NCBI GenBank assembly: GCA_051294375.1
Contig: CM119266.1
Location: 14,237,463 to 14,301,462, forward strand
DNA: 64,000 nt
Source: Paraspadella gotoi
Taxonomy: Eukaryota; Animalia; Chaetognatha
Direction: 5' to 3'
This document shows, in pieces, positions 41,301 through 56,200 of the stretch. The notes beneath the pieces were generated by a model that worked only from the letters and a program-made list of their open reading frames with translations, searched no databases and was not told the DNA's origin. Both the position numbers and the translations under genes were made by a program. Within the stretch, counting starts at the first letter, position 1. Each line of letters starts with the position of its first letter.

Positions 41301-44300
41301 ATTGGAACGATGGGGAGAAGGAGGAGAGGGAGACAAATTTGCAGGATTGCAAATCTACGATTGCCAAACGTTACTTTCTCTTCTCTCTCATCCTCTCTTC
41401 CTCTCTTCTCTCTCCTCGCGCCGCGGTCCCGCTCTCGCGCGCCGCTCGCTCGCGCGCGCGCGCGCGCGCGCGCTCCGCGCGCGCGCGCCGCGCCGCGGGC
41501 CCCAGCGGGCCAATGGCCGACGGGGCAGGGGCGCGAGGTCACGGGGCCACGGCAGCGGCCGCGGCCGGGGCGCGGGGGCCCGGGGCTGCGCGGGCGGCGC
41601 AGGGGACGCGCGACCAGCAGCTGCGGGAGCGGGCGGGGGGACGGCCGACCAAGCCGAGCGACAGCCCCGGGGCGCGCCCCGGCAGGACCCCGGAAGGAAA
41701 GAAAGAACGGGCCGGAAGCCGCGGGAAGGCGGGAACACGAGGGGGGGCGGGGAGCAGCGCGCGCGGGGACCGCCGCCGCCGAGGAAGGGAGGGGAGGATG
41801 AGAAGGACGGCACCCAAAAAGCGGGGCCAAGAGGGGGCCCGCGGGAGCCAGGACGCACCCCCCCGGGGCCGGAAGGGGCGCAGAAGAACGGGGAGAGGGG
41901 TGAAGAGGGCGGCGCGCGGAGGGGGCGTCCCGGCAAGAACAAAACAGGCAAGAGCGGAGGGGCGAGCGCGGCCGGGCCGCGCGGCAGGGAAGCCACAGCT
42001 AAGGGAAAGGGACAAAAAAGAGAAAGAACGGAGAGCTCTGACCAACCCTTAAATCTCATACAGAATACAAGGCAACGGACAGACAACTCTGTGCGGAATC
42101 ATCATAAAAAAAACTTCAAATCGCCGGCGACTAAGAAGCTTAAACTACGCCGACCATCCGTATACGATCCTACTTACGAAAACCTCAACTACTAACAAAC
42201 CAAACGGAACATACATCAACTGAAGGATTCTACTTCACGAATAGCAATATCAAATAATCGTAAATGTGAAAGAACGAAAGGGAAAGCAATCTAAACGTGA
42301 GAAGGATAGGAGAGGAGAGAGAACCGAAATTCATCTTCATGTAGGTAATAAGCGTACTTGGGTCAACTTAGCAAATTTAGAATACAACTTAGATAATTTG
42401 GTCAACGTCCATAATTATTTAACGTACTTCATTTGGAGATCTAACATATGTCAACTATAGTATTCACAAAAGATTTTGAATAATGTAACTTATATTTCTT
42501 CAGGAATTTTTAACCTTAATTAAGTGTCATCTAATTTACTTTAATCTAATTCCAATACTTTAATATATTCTACGCCAATGATTACTTCAATTATGAGGAG
42601 AGAGGGAGAGAGAGAGGAGAGAACAGACAGAGTGTACTTCTCCTCTATCTATCAAAAATATCAACCAAATTTTGGAAAACCTTTTTGATTTTAAACAACT
42701 AGTATTGCTCATTGATTTCTTATAATGTTTTCTAAATAAATTCCTATAATATTCGATCTTAATATTTACCAAAATTTTAAATATTGTAAATTAATTGTAA
42801 TTTAATGTAACATTGTAATTAAAAACAATTATCTCCTTGACTAAAACTTTTGTTTATTTCTAAAAAACCATATTGATTTAAATTTTCCCATTTTACAAAT
42901 TGCGTAGAATGCGCTAATAACAAACATAGTAATATTCATATTTTTGTGGCGTAAAAACTTTTCATTTTCAATAACTATTAGATGCTGCGGGAGAATCATA
43001 AAGAACAAAAGACTGCGCCCTTATCCCTGACCGTCCTCCTCCTTTCGTGCGGTGTATACAAGCGTCGAACATGATGGACTCGGTGTTGATTCTTAATCAA
43101 AGAAAAAACGAATTAACGAAATAAACAATCAAAAAACGAACAACCAGTAAGAGAAAGCAGAACCAAAGAGAAAGACTTGACAAGCGTGAGAAGAGAGGGA
43201 GAAGGGAAAAAGAGGAGAAATAAAGGAACAGAGAGATGACCCAGAACAAGAAGTTAAAGTAAAAACGATGAGGTGCGCTCGGCTATGAAGATTATTTTCG
43301 CCCATTCTGGCACTTGAAAAATACCAAATTACAATTACACAACTCGTAGTTTCTTAACTCGTATTTTAACGTAATCCACACGACGTGGCGTGCTCCCGAT
43401 ATTCAGTTGCAAAACATATTTCAAAATTTACATCTGTTTGAAAAGTATATACATTTAATCAATCAAAACATTATCTTTATAAGAGACACATTCGAAAGTG
43501 ATTCCTGTAAAAGATTAGTATATAAATACCGTCCTTGTCTCTTTTTTGATCCTTTTAATCTACTCTCACAGAAATCTTCTCCATTCTCCTATTTCCTTCC
43601 TATAATATATTAAAATATTCATGAAAGACTGATCAGTGGACCTAATCGCCCAAAAATAATGACTAAAGTTTAGTTCCCTAACATCCTTGTGATCGGATTT
43701 CTTTCAATTGTACAAAAAAAAAGGCCCCCTCCTTCTCTACTTCAACGATTTAGGATTTTCCCGCCCTCCTTTTTTTATTATTATTGTTAATAATTCACGT
43801 ATAATGGTATAGTTCCTAATTTCATTCTCCATTTTTTTATAACCAAGCACCTTTTAGTTTAATATTAATTATTTATTTATATAATAGGAACTGGGCTGTC
43901 GGCTAAGAAATGATAATCTCCATAACTTTTTTAAAATCGCTTAATTAACAAACTATATATAAACATTCATGAGTCATGTTTGAACTATGTCTTTTTTTAT
44001 GGACAACGGTCGCACTTTATTTACACGACGAACATGTCAAATAGAATTACTATATCAATATCAGCAATCTTGAGTCTTTCTTCTCGTAAATATAAAGTTT
44101 GGAAATGGGCCCAAATCACTCCTTGTCCCGGATTAGTAAATTTTCTCCAATAAATTACTATTTTTAAAATATTCAAAATTAACATATTCATAAAAATTAA
44201 AAAAAATTTTATTACTTCTCTTTTATTAATAGATTCAAATTATTTATCATAATCACTGTTTATTACAATTAAAGCCTAAAAATGATAATATTATATCATA

Positions 44301-45559
44301 ATGTAAATCCAAATAAAAAAATGAGTTTAAATTAGTCTAATTTTTTCCAAATTTTCTCTCCAATTTTACTCTTGTTAAATTTTTACTCCCTAATAATTAA
44401 AATAAATAATAAATTATTTACATGGTGTCATATCACACTAACAATAAACTACATTCAATGAATAAAACTAATTATAGTACCACACCAAAACCTGACGAGC
44501 AAAAGCCAAAACGGCAAAACAAAAATATCGAAAAAAAAGAATTTAAATACAGAAGCAAAGACAAAAAAATATAAAACCAATAATTTCACAATAATAAAAA
44601 AAACAATACACACAAGAGTGTCAAAAATAACATATTGCTCGACCATGCCAGCTACCAACATCCCAACCCCACTAAAAAAATAGAAAAAATGGAAGAAAAA
44701 AACTTTGCAAAAACATTAAGAGAAAAAAAATGAAACAAAGTATCAACATAGATAAGTAGGTTAAGTTACAAGCAAACAATTGATGAGACGAAGAAATGAA
44801 AAATAATAGATGGAAAGAAAAGAAAAGAATAGAAAAGAGAAATGAAAAAAAAAAGAGCGTGCAACCAAACCTCTCTTGCACATCAAGGTCACCCTCGCCC
44901 CATTCCTTCACTCACTTCCCACTACCTCTATTTGTGGGAACGCCGCCCGCCCCACCAACCAGTAAGCCACACTAGATCACCGAGAAACCCGAAAACAGGA
45001 TGCAAATGGTACGAACCATAGGAGCGGCTTAGATCGTAAAAAAAAAGATAGAAGATAACCAGAGACGACGAGAAACGTGAAGCAAGGGCAGTTACCGCAG
45101 CACGCAAAACCAGTCATGCTAGGAGTAAAAGAATAGGATAATGAGAAACCAAACCATACACAAAACCAACCTCAAATGAAGACAATTGAAAGAACAAGCA
45201 ACAACCTCCCCCACTTAAAATAGAATCAAGTTTCCAACCCTCTTCACCAGCGATAAAGAGGAACGGCGAGAAAACTACACAGAATAGCTAACGAAAAATC
45301 CTCTGTCTGTCAAGCAAAAGGATAACAGAGTGGTAAACTGTTTCGTTAAGAGAGCACCCGATCAGTGCAAGAACGACGTGAACCAAAACTAGGATAGGGA
45401 CGTGTTTGTTCAGATATTAACCAGAAAGACCAAATTCAAATTAAAAAAGAAATATAATGTTAACATTAGCGTGATAATTGAACGAATAAGTTATGATAGG
45501 AGCATAACCATAAATCGAAGGAATGATTAAAAGAAGCCCTANNNNNNNNNNNNNNNNNN

Positions 45560-45960
45560 NNNNNNNAGGAACAAAGAAGAAATAGCTACGAGTTGTTGCC
45601 CCGCAATGGAAAAAAGCGGAAAGGCGAGCCGATTTGGGCCCAATCAAAAAAGCTAAAGTAAAAATGATCCCGGACGGTCCGGACGCGCTGGTAATGTCTT
45701 CCCAAGAAAACGAACGGAAGCGAGGGCGATGATGGCTTTTTCGCCGGCGACGTCCGCTGGAGGATTTGACTTTTTCCGAGTGGACGCGCTTCTGAAGGGT
45801 CCGACGCTCTTCAAGGGGCTGGGGTCTGTGTGGGTTGTGTCATATGGTAAGACGTTTTTTTTGTCGGTGCTGAGGATAAGCATCGAGGCTTATCCCGCCG
45901 TTAATTCATAGTAATATCGTTCATATGTTTATAGCAGAATCACAGGAGAGGAGAGCAGAG
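45560..45960 (+). repeat. Inverted duplicate of ~62290-62640 (candidate first exon with GT donor)
   Basis: GATGATGGCTTTTCGCCGGCGACGTCCGC...ATGGTAAG...TTAATTCATAGTAATATCGTTCATATGTTTATAGC matches the reverse complement of 62310-62500. Both copies abut a GA/CT tract. Confidence 0.8.
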
Positions 45961-47199
45961 AGTGCCTGAGAGCGAGGCAGGAGGAGAGAGAGAGAGAGAC
46001 GATGAGAAGAGAGCGAGATGGAGGAGGAGACACGGAGAGAGAGAGGTAGAGATGCTGAGGAGAGGCGATGCGAGCTGAGATGATGAGGAAAGACTGAGGG
46101 GTAAAAGCCCACCCATCGCCTTTCCACTCCCAGGCGAAAGCGTAATTTTGTATGGGTCTTTGGGCCCGTTTGCTTCGATTCCCGCCTGAGTTTTCCGCCA
46201 CGGGTCCTTTCGAATCCGGAACGACCGCACGCCCCGCTCCCCCTTCCACCCCCATTCTCCCCCTCGAAAGAGAGAAAGAGGGCGGGGTTGAGGCCGTATT
46301 CCTGCGTCCCCGCCCATTATCTTGCGCTTCAGGAAAACGACTACGCGGCGCCCCGCGCTTGTGCCCTTCACGGTCACACCCGGTCCTCCCGGAGGGCGGA
46401 TGGAAATCTTTAGCGTGGGACGCCGGGAAAAGCGGCTCGCGGGATTTTTTTTTAGGTTTTTTCTGTGGAAGGTGGGGGGTACAAGAGCCGCAAGGGTACG
46501 ACGGGGAATTAAGAGAACGTCTGAATTTTTGGAAACGTACGACTGGCGACGGCGACGACGAAGGCGACGATTTAATGTTGGAAATTTCTGCGGACGGAAT
46601 CGAGAAAAAGTGTTCAGGAAAGGGTCGGCACTGATTTCGAGCAGATCTTTTTGTTTTTTATTGACGGCGTCCTTTGACGATTTTGGATTGAAAATTGCGA
46701 TGGTTTGCTGAAGTGAGATTAATTGTTATGAATGGATAACCGCCAAGTTAATGTATATAGTTTCTAACGCTGCAAAAAACTAACTCAACAATCCATTAAA
46801 ACATTCGAGTTTTCTTTCTCGTGAGCTCTTCTTCTCGCCTTTTTTTTCTTTCTCTCACTCACCTTCTTCCCCCCCAAACTTCGTTCTCTCTCTCTCTCTT
46901 CTCGTCTTCTTCTCTCTCTTCTTCTCTCTTCTCTCTCTCCTCTCCTTCTTCTTCCTTCTTCTCTCTCTCTTCTCTCTCTCTCTCTCTGCTGCCTCTACCG
47001 ACGAAAATCCGGGTGTCCGGCTCTTTGGACAAACGCAGCGCCATTTCTCGGCTTCGGCGTAATCTCTTTCTCGATCCCAGTAAAACTTTTGACCTCAACG
47101 ATCGGCGTTTAAACAGGGGAGAATCCACCATTTGCCGGCGAGTCCTTTCAAGCTCAGTAGGACTCTATCAGTATCCTAAGTTCAGTCGCTAAGACATCG

Positions 47200-48645
47200 C
47201 ATGAACTGAGTCGGACACAGATATGACGAGAACGCGATGGAGGACGGGAGGAGAGGGGGATGGTGTGGTAAGCGGGGCACCGTCTCCCGCTGCCCGATCG
47301 CGGGAGGTTTGGTAAGGAGAGAATGTCGAGAGAGTAGACGAACAGTAGCGTTTTAGAGTAGGCACGTGAAATGGTATGAAGTAACGTTGAGGAACTTCAC
47401 AAGAGATCACTAGGCGTACTGTAATAGAGCAACTAAAAAAATATGACAGATGAGATGACGAGGAGAGAGAAGGGGAGCTAAATACAGAATTTGGCTCGAG
47501 CGAAGTTCGACAGGATCGCGCGAGATCTAAATAACCGGCCAAGCACTAATGAGCATGCGGATGATCGATCGGATGGGGACATGACGTTCAAATGACGCCG
47601 GAGATTGATGACTGTCAGAAAATGTGAGGACGGAACGTATGGAGGAGGAGAGGGTGGAGGAGGAGAGTATTGAAGGGAGGTTTGGAAAGCCCTGGAGACC
47701 CGGTCTCCGCTGGGCGTGCATCGGCCGGAGGCGGGTAGGGCCGATCCAACCCGAGAGAGATCGCGAAATGAATTTAAATGGTAAGAAACGAGAGGAGAGA
47801 GAGGACGGAGGGAAGACGAATGTCGAATTTTTCGTGCTGATAGGATTGTTATTCTTTTTATCATTTCTCTGATATGGTATTCTACAAAACTATAAGATAT
47901 TTTCGGTTCATACTGCCGGGAACAAACCGCGCCCATCTAAAAACTTACCACGAACTTCGGGCCAAAAAGAAATCTTTACCCGTCACCACGGCGCCTTTTC
48001 CTCCGTCTCCTTTACTTCTTTCAGCGCCTGCCTTCTTCCGGAACTCCATTTTGCAGCCTATAACACTCTTTGCCGCATAAAGTTGGTGCACATATATGCC
48101 GTTGTGCCCCATAAAACCTCGGCCGCCCCGGGGCTGTCGCGTCGCGGCCCGGTCCAGCCCTGAATTTGTTTATCCCGCCGCCGACGGAAGCCAAAAAAAA
48201 AAAAAAAAAACAAGTGGGCCGGGATCAAAAAAAAAAGAGAAAAGGAATAACGCATAACCAATAATAACAATAATAGATAAAAAAAGGTAGGGCGGAAGAA
48301 TCCCTAAATCGTTGAAGTAGAGAGAGGGAAGAAGAAAAGGAGGAAAGTTTTTTTGGGCGAGGGGAGGAAAATAGGGGAGGGGAAAGGAGAGGAGTTTTGG
48401 AGGAAAGGAAAAGGGATACAAAGAAAAGAGAAAAGTATTAATTTTTTTTTTTCGAATCGGATGCTGTTAAGAAGTAATGTTGGAAAAAAGTATGACTTCT
48501 CATAAAGTAGTAAATGACAATGCAAAATAAATATCGATACCGGTAGAACGATACGGATTTTTAAAGAAACGGAGAGTTTGTTAAATGACATATCACACTT
48601 TGCAGAAATTGGCAAAAATCTGAGCGTTTTTTACGTGTTTTACAT

Positions 48646-48679
<34 letters not shown>

Positions 48680-50100
48680 TCTGCTCTCCTCCTCTCTCTC
48701 TTCTCCTCTCTCTCCTCTCTCTCCTCTCTCTCTCTTCTCTCTTCTACTCATTCATTAACAACTCTCGTTTTTTAAATCGTATTTTACGTATCGATATTTA
48801 TTCTTGCATTTCATTTACTCTTTGAGAAGTATACTTTTTCAACATTACTTTTAGACACATTCCGATTCGAAAAAAAATAATACTTTTCTCTTTTCTTTGT
48901 ATCCCTTTTCTTTCCTCCCAAAACCTCCTCTCCTTTCCTCCCTATTTTCTCCCTCGCCCAAAAAATTTTCCTCCTTTTCTTCTTCCCCTCCTTCTCTACT
49001 TCAAATCGATTTAGGGATTTTCCGCCTCCTTTTTTTATTATTATTGTTATTATTGTTATGGTTATTCCTTTTCTTCTTTTTTTTTCCGCCCCTTGTTTTT
49101 TTTTTTTTTTTTTGGCTTCGTCGGCGGCGATAACAAATTCAGGGGCTGGAAACGGCGACGCGACGCCCCGGGGCGCGAGTTTATGGGGCCAACGGCTATG
49201 GTGCACAACTTTATGGGCAAAGAGTTTATGGTGCAAATGGAGTTCGGAAGAAGGAGGCTGGAAGAAGTAAGGAGACGGAGGAAAGGGCGTNNNNNNNNNN
49301 GTTTCTTTTATGGCCCGAGTGGTGGTAAGTTTCTAGATGGGGCGGTTTGTTCGGGTATGAACGAATATCTAGTTTTGTAGAATACCATAATCAGAGAATG
49401 ATAAAAGAATAACAATCCTTCAGCCACGAAATTCGCTTCGTCTCCCTCTCTCTCTCTCTCTCTTTCTTCCATTTAATTCATCGGTCTCTCTCGTTGATCG
49501 GCCCTCCGCTCGGCCGATCGCCAGCGGCGACGTCTCGCCCCTTTCCAAACCTCCCTTCATACTCCTCCTCCTCCACCTCCTCCTCCTCCTCGGTCCGTCC
49601 TCCATTTTGACGTCATCATCCGGCGTCATTTGACGTCATTCATCCGACGATCATCCGCTGCTCATCCGTTTTAATCTCGCGGCGCTGTCGACTTCGCTCG
49701 AGGCAAATTTGTTTTAGCTCCTTTTTTTTCTTTCTCTTTTCTTTTTCTTTTGTGTCGCGGTTGGTTTTTTTGTTTTTCTGTCTCCGTCCTCTCTCTCTCT
49801 ATCGAGCTCTCTCCTCTCTCTCTCAGTTCTCTCTCTCTCACTCCCTCGTCTCATCTCGTCTCGTCCTTCTCTCATCCTCCTCTCTCTCTCTTCTGTCCAT
49901 AATTTTTTTGCTCTTTAACAGTACTTCTTTCCTCACATTGCTTTCTATATCCGCATTACTCTAGCGTACTTTCGTCTACCTCTCTCGACTGTCTCTCCTT
50001 CCAACCTCCCGCGTCGCGCAGCGACGAAACGGTGCCCGGATGCCTCGTTACCGGCACCCAGCGTCGGCATACGCCCATTTTTCATTTTTCCTTTGCTCTC
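47200..50100. repeat. Large fold-back (inverted duplication) centred on a CT tract at ~48650-48750
   Basis: 47470-48590 is the reverse complement of 48750-49720, e.g. GAAAAGAGAAAAGTATT..TTCGAATCGGA versus TCCGATTCGAA..AATACTTTTCTCTTTTC. Similarity extends to ~47280 and ~50040. The arms differ by scattered indels. Confidence 0.85.
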
Positions 50101-53100
50101 ACCGGTACCCTCGTTCTCGTGTTTTGTGTTTTTTGTCTCGAATATTTTTCTTGTTTACTACTTGAGTGTATGATCACTGTTTTTCTGTCAAACATTGGTT
50201 ATTTGTCTCTTGTTTTGTAGTCTGTTTTGTTTTTGGTTCGATTTCTTCGTTGACGTATGTGAGCCTCAATCATGAACTTGTGTTTTGTTCACCGCTTGGG
50301 ATGGCGGAGAGGAAAGATTAATCGCTGAATTGATACAGAGCCCTGGAGTCGTTGTCAACAGGTTCTTGTTTCTCTCACTGATTTCATTGTTGTTTTCGAT
50401 TTTTCTTGCGTGCAGAGAGTAGGCGGCTACGTTCGGGAGAGACAGGCTATTAGCTTCGATTGAGATGTGATTATGAATTGCTTGCTACATATTAGATTTG
50501 ATGAGGTAGGTGAGAAGAGTTTGATCATATGTTAGTATGACAGGGAGAGTATGAGAGAGAAGAGAAGGTATCAGTAGGGAAGCGAGAGAGAGAGCAGAGA
50601 GAGAGAGAGAAGGAGAGACGTATGTATGAGGACGATGTGAGTGATTGTAGAATGACCGTAAGAGAGACCCGGAGAGAGAGATCGGACGTTTGAATGTTGG
50701 AGAGTTGAGTTCGCGGTTTAATCGGAGGTATGATATGAGGTGAGTCGAGGGTGAATAGTAATTATGAGATAAAGAAAAAGCAAAGACAGTATCAATTTGA
50801 AAGAGCGTCGACGAGAAAGAAATCGGTCCACGAGATACTCCGTATTTAGACTAGATGTCTTTGTTGAGGTTTTTATAGGATGCTTTTGCATGTAACTGTT
50901 AGTATCCTATATACACAAAAATGAGCATGACCGTATTCTATACTCCCAAGTAATATATATAATAAATTATATTTAAATATTAACTGCAAAAAATATTTTT
51001 AAATGAGATTAGATTTGATTAGATAATATTATATATAAAAATAAAAAAAAGATATTAATATACAGAATTAAATAAATAAAGCTAGTGAAGGCTAAGTATT
51101 ATTGCATTTTCATAAAATCAAAAGTATGACCTGTCGAGCTGGTTCCCCCACCGATTCCGAATCCGTATTCATACTCTTCGTTATAATTGATTGCTCTAGT
51201 CTCCGATTTTGGAAACGATGACCAATCTGCATTTAAGGACCATCTCTGTCCAACAAGTGGAACAAGTAATTAAAGGCTTTTTACGCGGCAAGGCATTTAT
51301 AAGGGAAATAGTGAACAAATATATTCAGAGAGTTGAATATATAGATATAATATAGATAGAAGAGAAAATTACAATTCACTCGGCCGAATTCCTTTGAAAT
51401 TCGCAGATTCGCTAGGACAATTATAGTTGCCCATATATTTCACTTTATGTCTATCTTACCATTCATTTGGTTTTATTATAGATCGTTTTGGGTTTTACCA
51501 GATAACCCAAATTTTTGTCGCTCTTTCTCGCCGTATAAAAATGAAAGCCCACTTTGTACAATTACGCCATAGAGATATATACTATTTAGATATATTCTTG
51601 ATTTGGGGGGTAAACTTTCGCATGCACTCGAACTACACACTTTATATTTAAAAACTACCGGAGGGCGACTTTTTTTTTTAACCTAACAAACTAGATATAT
51701 AACCCGCCTTTCGTACGTACGCTTCTCTCACGAATGCCTTAGCCTTTCTAGTGCTACCCAGCCGTCAGTGATTCAATTACCATTAAATATCACCAAGATA
51801 TTTAACAACAATCAGACTCCACATGTCGTCTTCAGAATTCAGATCATTTTGTTTTGAATGAGGAAAAGCACTATTCAACAAGAAAGAAATGACCGACAAA
51901 AGAATTATTTCGTAAGTCGTCTCGTCGTCGTGTCGTTTCGGTGCGTCTGTCCGTGCAATTCGTCGCGTCTGTTTAAATGGCGTCGACGAAAGAAGACATG
52001 AAAGCTCTCTGGTCAACCTGCGTCGTGGTTCTTAGTTCGTCTTCTTCGTCGTCGTCGTCGTTAGCCGATCCTCGGAGTCCGCGCCGGGACGATGGATCGT
52101 TTGATGAAGTCCGTGAGATGTGAAGATCGATTCTTGTTCATGAAAGTTGATTTCATATCAGTTGTCCTCCTCGCGTCGTCCGTCCGTTGTCCTGGTAAGT
52201 CGTCCGTCGAGTCAGTCGTCTCCGTTCGTTGCAATTCTTTGGTAATCTTGGAAATCTCTTTTTTAGAGGAATCATGTAGACCGTTTGTTAGCCGAGACAT
52301 AGCGTGAAGTCTCTCTTCCACTTAATGCCTTGTTCCCCACCGATCTTATTTCGCGAGTGGCATTTCTTCGTTGCCGTTGCCCGAACTCTCAAGTTTTCTT
52401 TGTGATTTGGTTTTCGAATGTTTTTTGTTTAGTCTATTCTGAATAGAGAAAATCGTTAAAATTGCAGATTGGAGATCGCGTTACAACGAATTCCTCAATT
52501 TTGAGAAATTAATAAAAATGTAAGAAGTAATCGAGAAAAATTTTTATATATGTTTTTACTCATATTTGATAACTATTAGTTTATAATCGTATATATCATA
52601 TTATGTATTTTTTTATTATCAGTTTATTTCTCCTTTATTAATTGCTTATTTTCTAGTTGCGTTCGTTTTTTATCAAGTCGGCCCTGTCACCAAAAGTTTT
52701 CTCTCTATGCCTAGGCTCCCGGACTCTATGTCTAACATTATATGGACCCCGTGTCCCCCATTTTTTGTAATTTTTAAAAATTGTTATTTTGTAATAAAGA
52801 TATGAATGTATCAAAAAAAATTTCGATCCTCACCAGCGAAACAGATGTTTCCTTTCCAGAATTCGCGCGAGACAAGTTTTTGCTGCCGTTCGACGTCCCC
52901 ACCGAGCGATTACCTGATTTAGTCTCCCGAAAAATCTGGGCGCGTTGGCTGAGAGCACGTCGGGGAGTGCGTCGTGAGATGAAGAGAGAGAGTGAGAGTA
53001 GAGTAGAGAGACGACGCAGAGAGAGAGAGTAGAGGAGAGAGACGAGAGAGAGAGAAGAGAGAGAGAGAGGAGGAGAGAGAGTAGAGAGAGATCTCCAAGG

Positions 53101-53261
53101 GTCAAAGGTCAACTGAACGCAGCGACACCTAACTGAAGGACAACATTCAGATCTTGGGGAGAGAACAAGAGAAAAGAAAACAGAGAGAAAAGCGAGAGAG
53201 AGAGATGAGAGACGAGAGAGAGAGGAGAGACGAGTAGAAAGATGAGAGAAGAGAGAGAGAG

Positions 53262-53295
<34 letters not shown>

Positions 53296-56200
53296 CAGAG
53301 AGAGAGAGCGCAAGGCAAGATGAGAGAAGGAGACGATAGTTGGTTTGCTTGGACAAATTTTCCCAAGATAATATCACACCACAATTTCCGTTGAACCTCC
53401 AGTTGAAGGAAGAAGTAGAAAGGAGTAATAAGTTTTTAATGGTTCAGAAAGGAGAGAAGAGAAGAGAAGAGAAGAGAAGAGAAGAGAAGCAGAAGAGAAG
53501 AGAGATAAAGAGAATAATTAAGCAAAAGTGACGAAAAAGAATGAGGAGAAATATAAAAGAGCTAGGATGTATCAATAAAGGGATAAAGTAAACTATGAAA
53601 AGAGAAAAGAAAAAAGGCAAAGACTTGAGAACAATAGAAAGAAAATAGAGCTAAAGAATGATAAAAAAGAAGTATTAATATGAATAAAAAGAAGAAAGAA
53701 AAAAGGCATAGATGAGAAAAAGCGAAGGAAAAAAGAGCAATGCAAGCTGAAAACAAAATATAGAAATGCAAAGTACAAAGAAAGAAAAGTAAGGATGAAA
53801 TGAAAAAAGAAGAGACAAATGTTGGCAGAATGAAAAAACAGATTTTGGGTCAATTTCGCTCATTGATCTGTTGATATCGATAAACGCATAACATAAACTT
53901 AAATGCCCCATCATCTTTTAAATAATTTCCCTTAATCTCAAAAACGCATCTTTTAAGCTCCCATTTTAACGCGATCTTTCAACCATCATTAAACCATCTT
54001 AACCCTTAAAATCGCCGCCATGTTTGATTGTCCTCGAGTCCCGCTGCACTAAACTATGGCTTCCGAGAATACCTGACGGGGGAGAGGAAGAGAGAGAGAG
54101 AAAAGAGAGAGGCACGCAGGATACGAGAGAGAAGTAGAGAGAGAGAGAGCAGACGAGCACGAGGAGAGTATGTAGAGAGAGAGAGAGAGAGAAATGAGAT
54201 GAAGCCAGAGATGCTGCAGACGACGAACCAGAGAGAGAGTGAGAGAGAGAGGAGAGAGAGAGAGAGATGAAGCCGAGAGAGAGAACCAAAAGACAAAAAG
54301 ACAGGGAGAGAAAAAAAAACCTACAACCCAATGTAGAAAATGCTAACCAAAAACAAGAAGCCATTTCAATTAGTTTAACATATCGACTAATATGAATGGT
54401 TTAAAAAAGTTTGTTTTAAATCATAAATGTTATGAAATCAAAAGAACAAACTTTAAAAAGAAAAAAAGAAATATCTAAAAGATTTCTTCTTTTTTTTTTC
54501 GCACTAAAAGTTGATAGGGCCTCCAAATATTGCCACAGAACACGCCCCTTTTAACTCAAAGTCTCCGGAAATTACACCTAAAGAGTGGTAAAACTTAAAG
54601 TCAAAGGTTATCAGGGATTAAGGTAAGTGGATGGGTTAAGGGTTAAGGGACTAAAGATGAAGGTTTCGAAATTTATATGATTGAGGTCGAAAGGGTCGAA
54701 GTTTAGGGTAATAGGCGATTAAAAAGGGTAAGAAGCTATATAAGGTTAGGAATTATATAACAAGAGACAGAGAAGCCTTCAGATAGCAAAGACGATATCT
54801 TTTTCTCTAGGGATGTAGATTCATTATAGGAACGAGATAGAGAAAAAATTCTATAACAGTGACGAGATTCCAATGACAGGGACGAATCCAATCGAGAACG
54901 AAGATTCATTAACAGGACGAGCAATTCATCCAGGATGAGATTCCAGTTAGGAGACGAATTCATGAACAGCCAATCTTCGGCTGAATTCCTTGTTGGTTTC
55001 GTTCTGACGCAGATTCGACGTGAACGAAAGGTTTAGGAATTTGTGATATTTTTCGCTTCCCCAGGATTTAGATTTGGTTTTTGGAGACTGAGACGAGGGA
55101 GAGAGAGAGGAGAGAGAGAGAGAGAAGAGAGAGAGAGAGGACGAAGAGAGGCGTGAGAGAAGTGAAGTGAGAGAGTAGCCAGCGGTCCACGATGGAGGAA
55201 TAATTCGTAGATGTCATACCAACCGGCGGCCGGTATTGCCTGGCGCTCCATTGTTGTTTTTTGTCTGTCTGTGTGTCTTGTTTGATCATTCTTTTCTCTT
55301 GTCTCTCTCTCCTCTCTCGGGCCGTCATCCTCTCCTTCTCCTTCCTCTCCGTGGTCTGAGTCTCCCAGTCGAAGTCTGCCAGCCACTCTCGGTGCTCTCT
55401 CGGTCTGCTCGTCCGGCGTCAGTCGTTTTTCCAGTTTTTGTTTTTTGTTGTTTTTAATATTACGCCGTTGGTAACCAAGTACCGGCGAAGAAGTCGGTAT
55501 GGACCAAGATTATCTCGTTCCCTTCGTGGCGAGAAGCAAATTTGCAGGGCGGATGCAATCCCACATCGTAAACCTGCGTAGCACGAAAAGTATAATAATA
55601 TTTCTTTTAGAAAATGATTTAAAGATTTTAAAATATTAATTAAAAAATTCCCACGAACTCCTTTTTTGGGTCATTTTGGTCTGGCAACAATTTGTAGTGT
55701 TGTACATTTCATCAGAGTAGGGCCGATCTATATTAATAGGTTTGGGCCCAGAGGTTTGATTTGGCGCAACCTTCCGCAAATGAATGAATACATCTTCTAA
55801 AAAACTTTCCAAAAATATTTTACTAACATGAAATTTTTAATATATTTATTTAGAGATGGAACACAGTCAAACCCTTTTTTATCAGAATTCCTTTCTGGTA
55901 TTTATTAAAAAAGGCAGATTCAAGATAGCTTTGACTTAAAAAATTGTATTACCCAAAGTAGTAATTCTAAATTTTCAAATATCTTTTTTCATGCAATCAT
56001 CTTACGGAAATGAATTCTTACATTAGTTTTTTATTAAATTTTTTGGTAAATAAAAAATTGAAATTAACATTTTTGTTTAATACTTTCTTAAGGGCTCCAT
56101 CCAGAATCTAATTTTTCAAGAAAATTAAAATGATAATATAATTGTAGCATATAAAATGAATTAACATTAGCGAATTAACTCCATAAGTTAAAATCACATT

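Larger units (their letters stand above)
20390..55330. repeat. Dispersed (GA)n/(CT)n and GAAA-rich microsatellite tracts
   Basis: Tracts at ~20390, 24170, 26830, 32340, 35340, 38050-38290, 45945, 46880, 48650, 49790, 50580, 52980-53330, 54085-54280 and 55090. Several N gaps lie next to them. Confidence 0.95.

Noticed and set aside
41180-42195. Six overlapping 160-300 aa Arg/Gly/Ala/Pro ORFs
   Set aside because: They result from T depletion removing stop codons and show no domain signal.
51780-52400. Minus-strand coding exon(s) (EERLHAMSRL...DDDEEDE)
   Set aside because: Frames are broken and no family is recognisable. It may be a real exon with errors but cannot be supported.
52774-54364. 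Ser/Leu- or Arg/Glu-rich ORFs
   Set aside because: Translations of GA/CT microsatellites.
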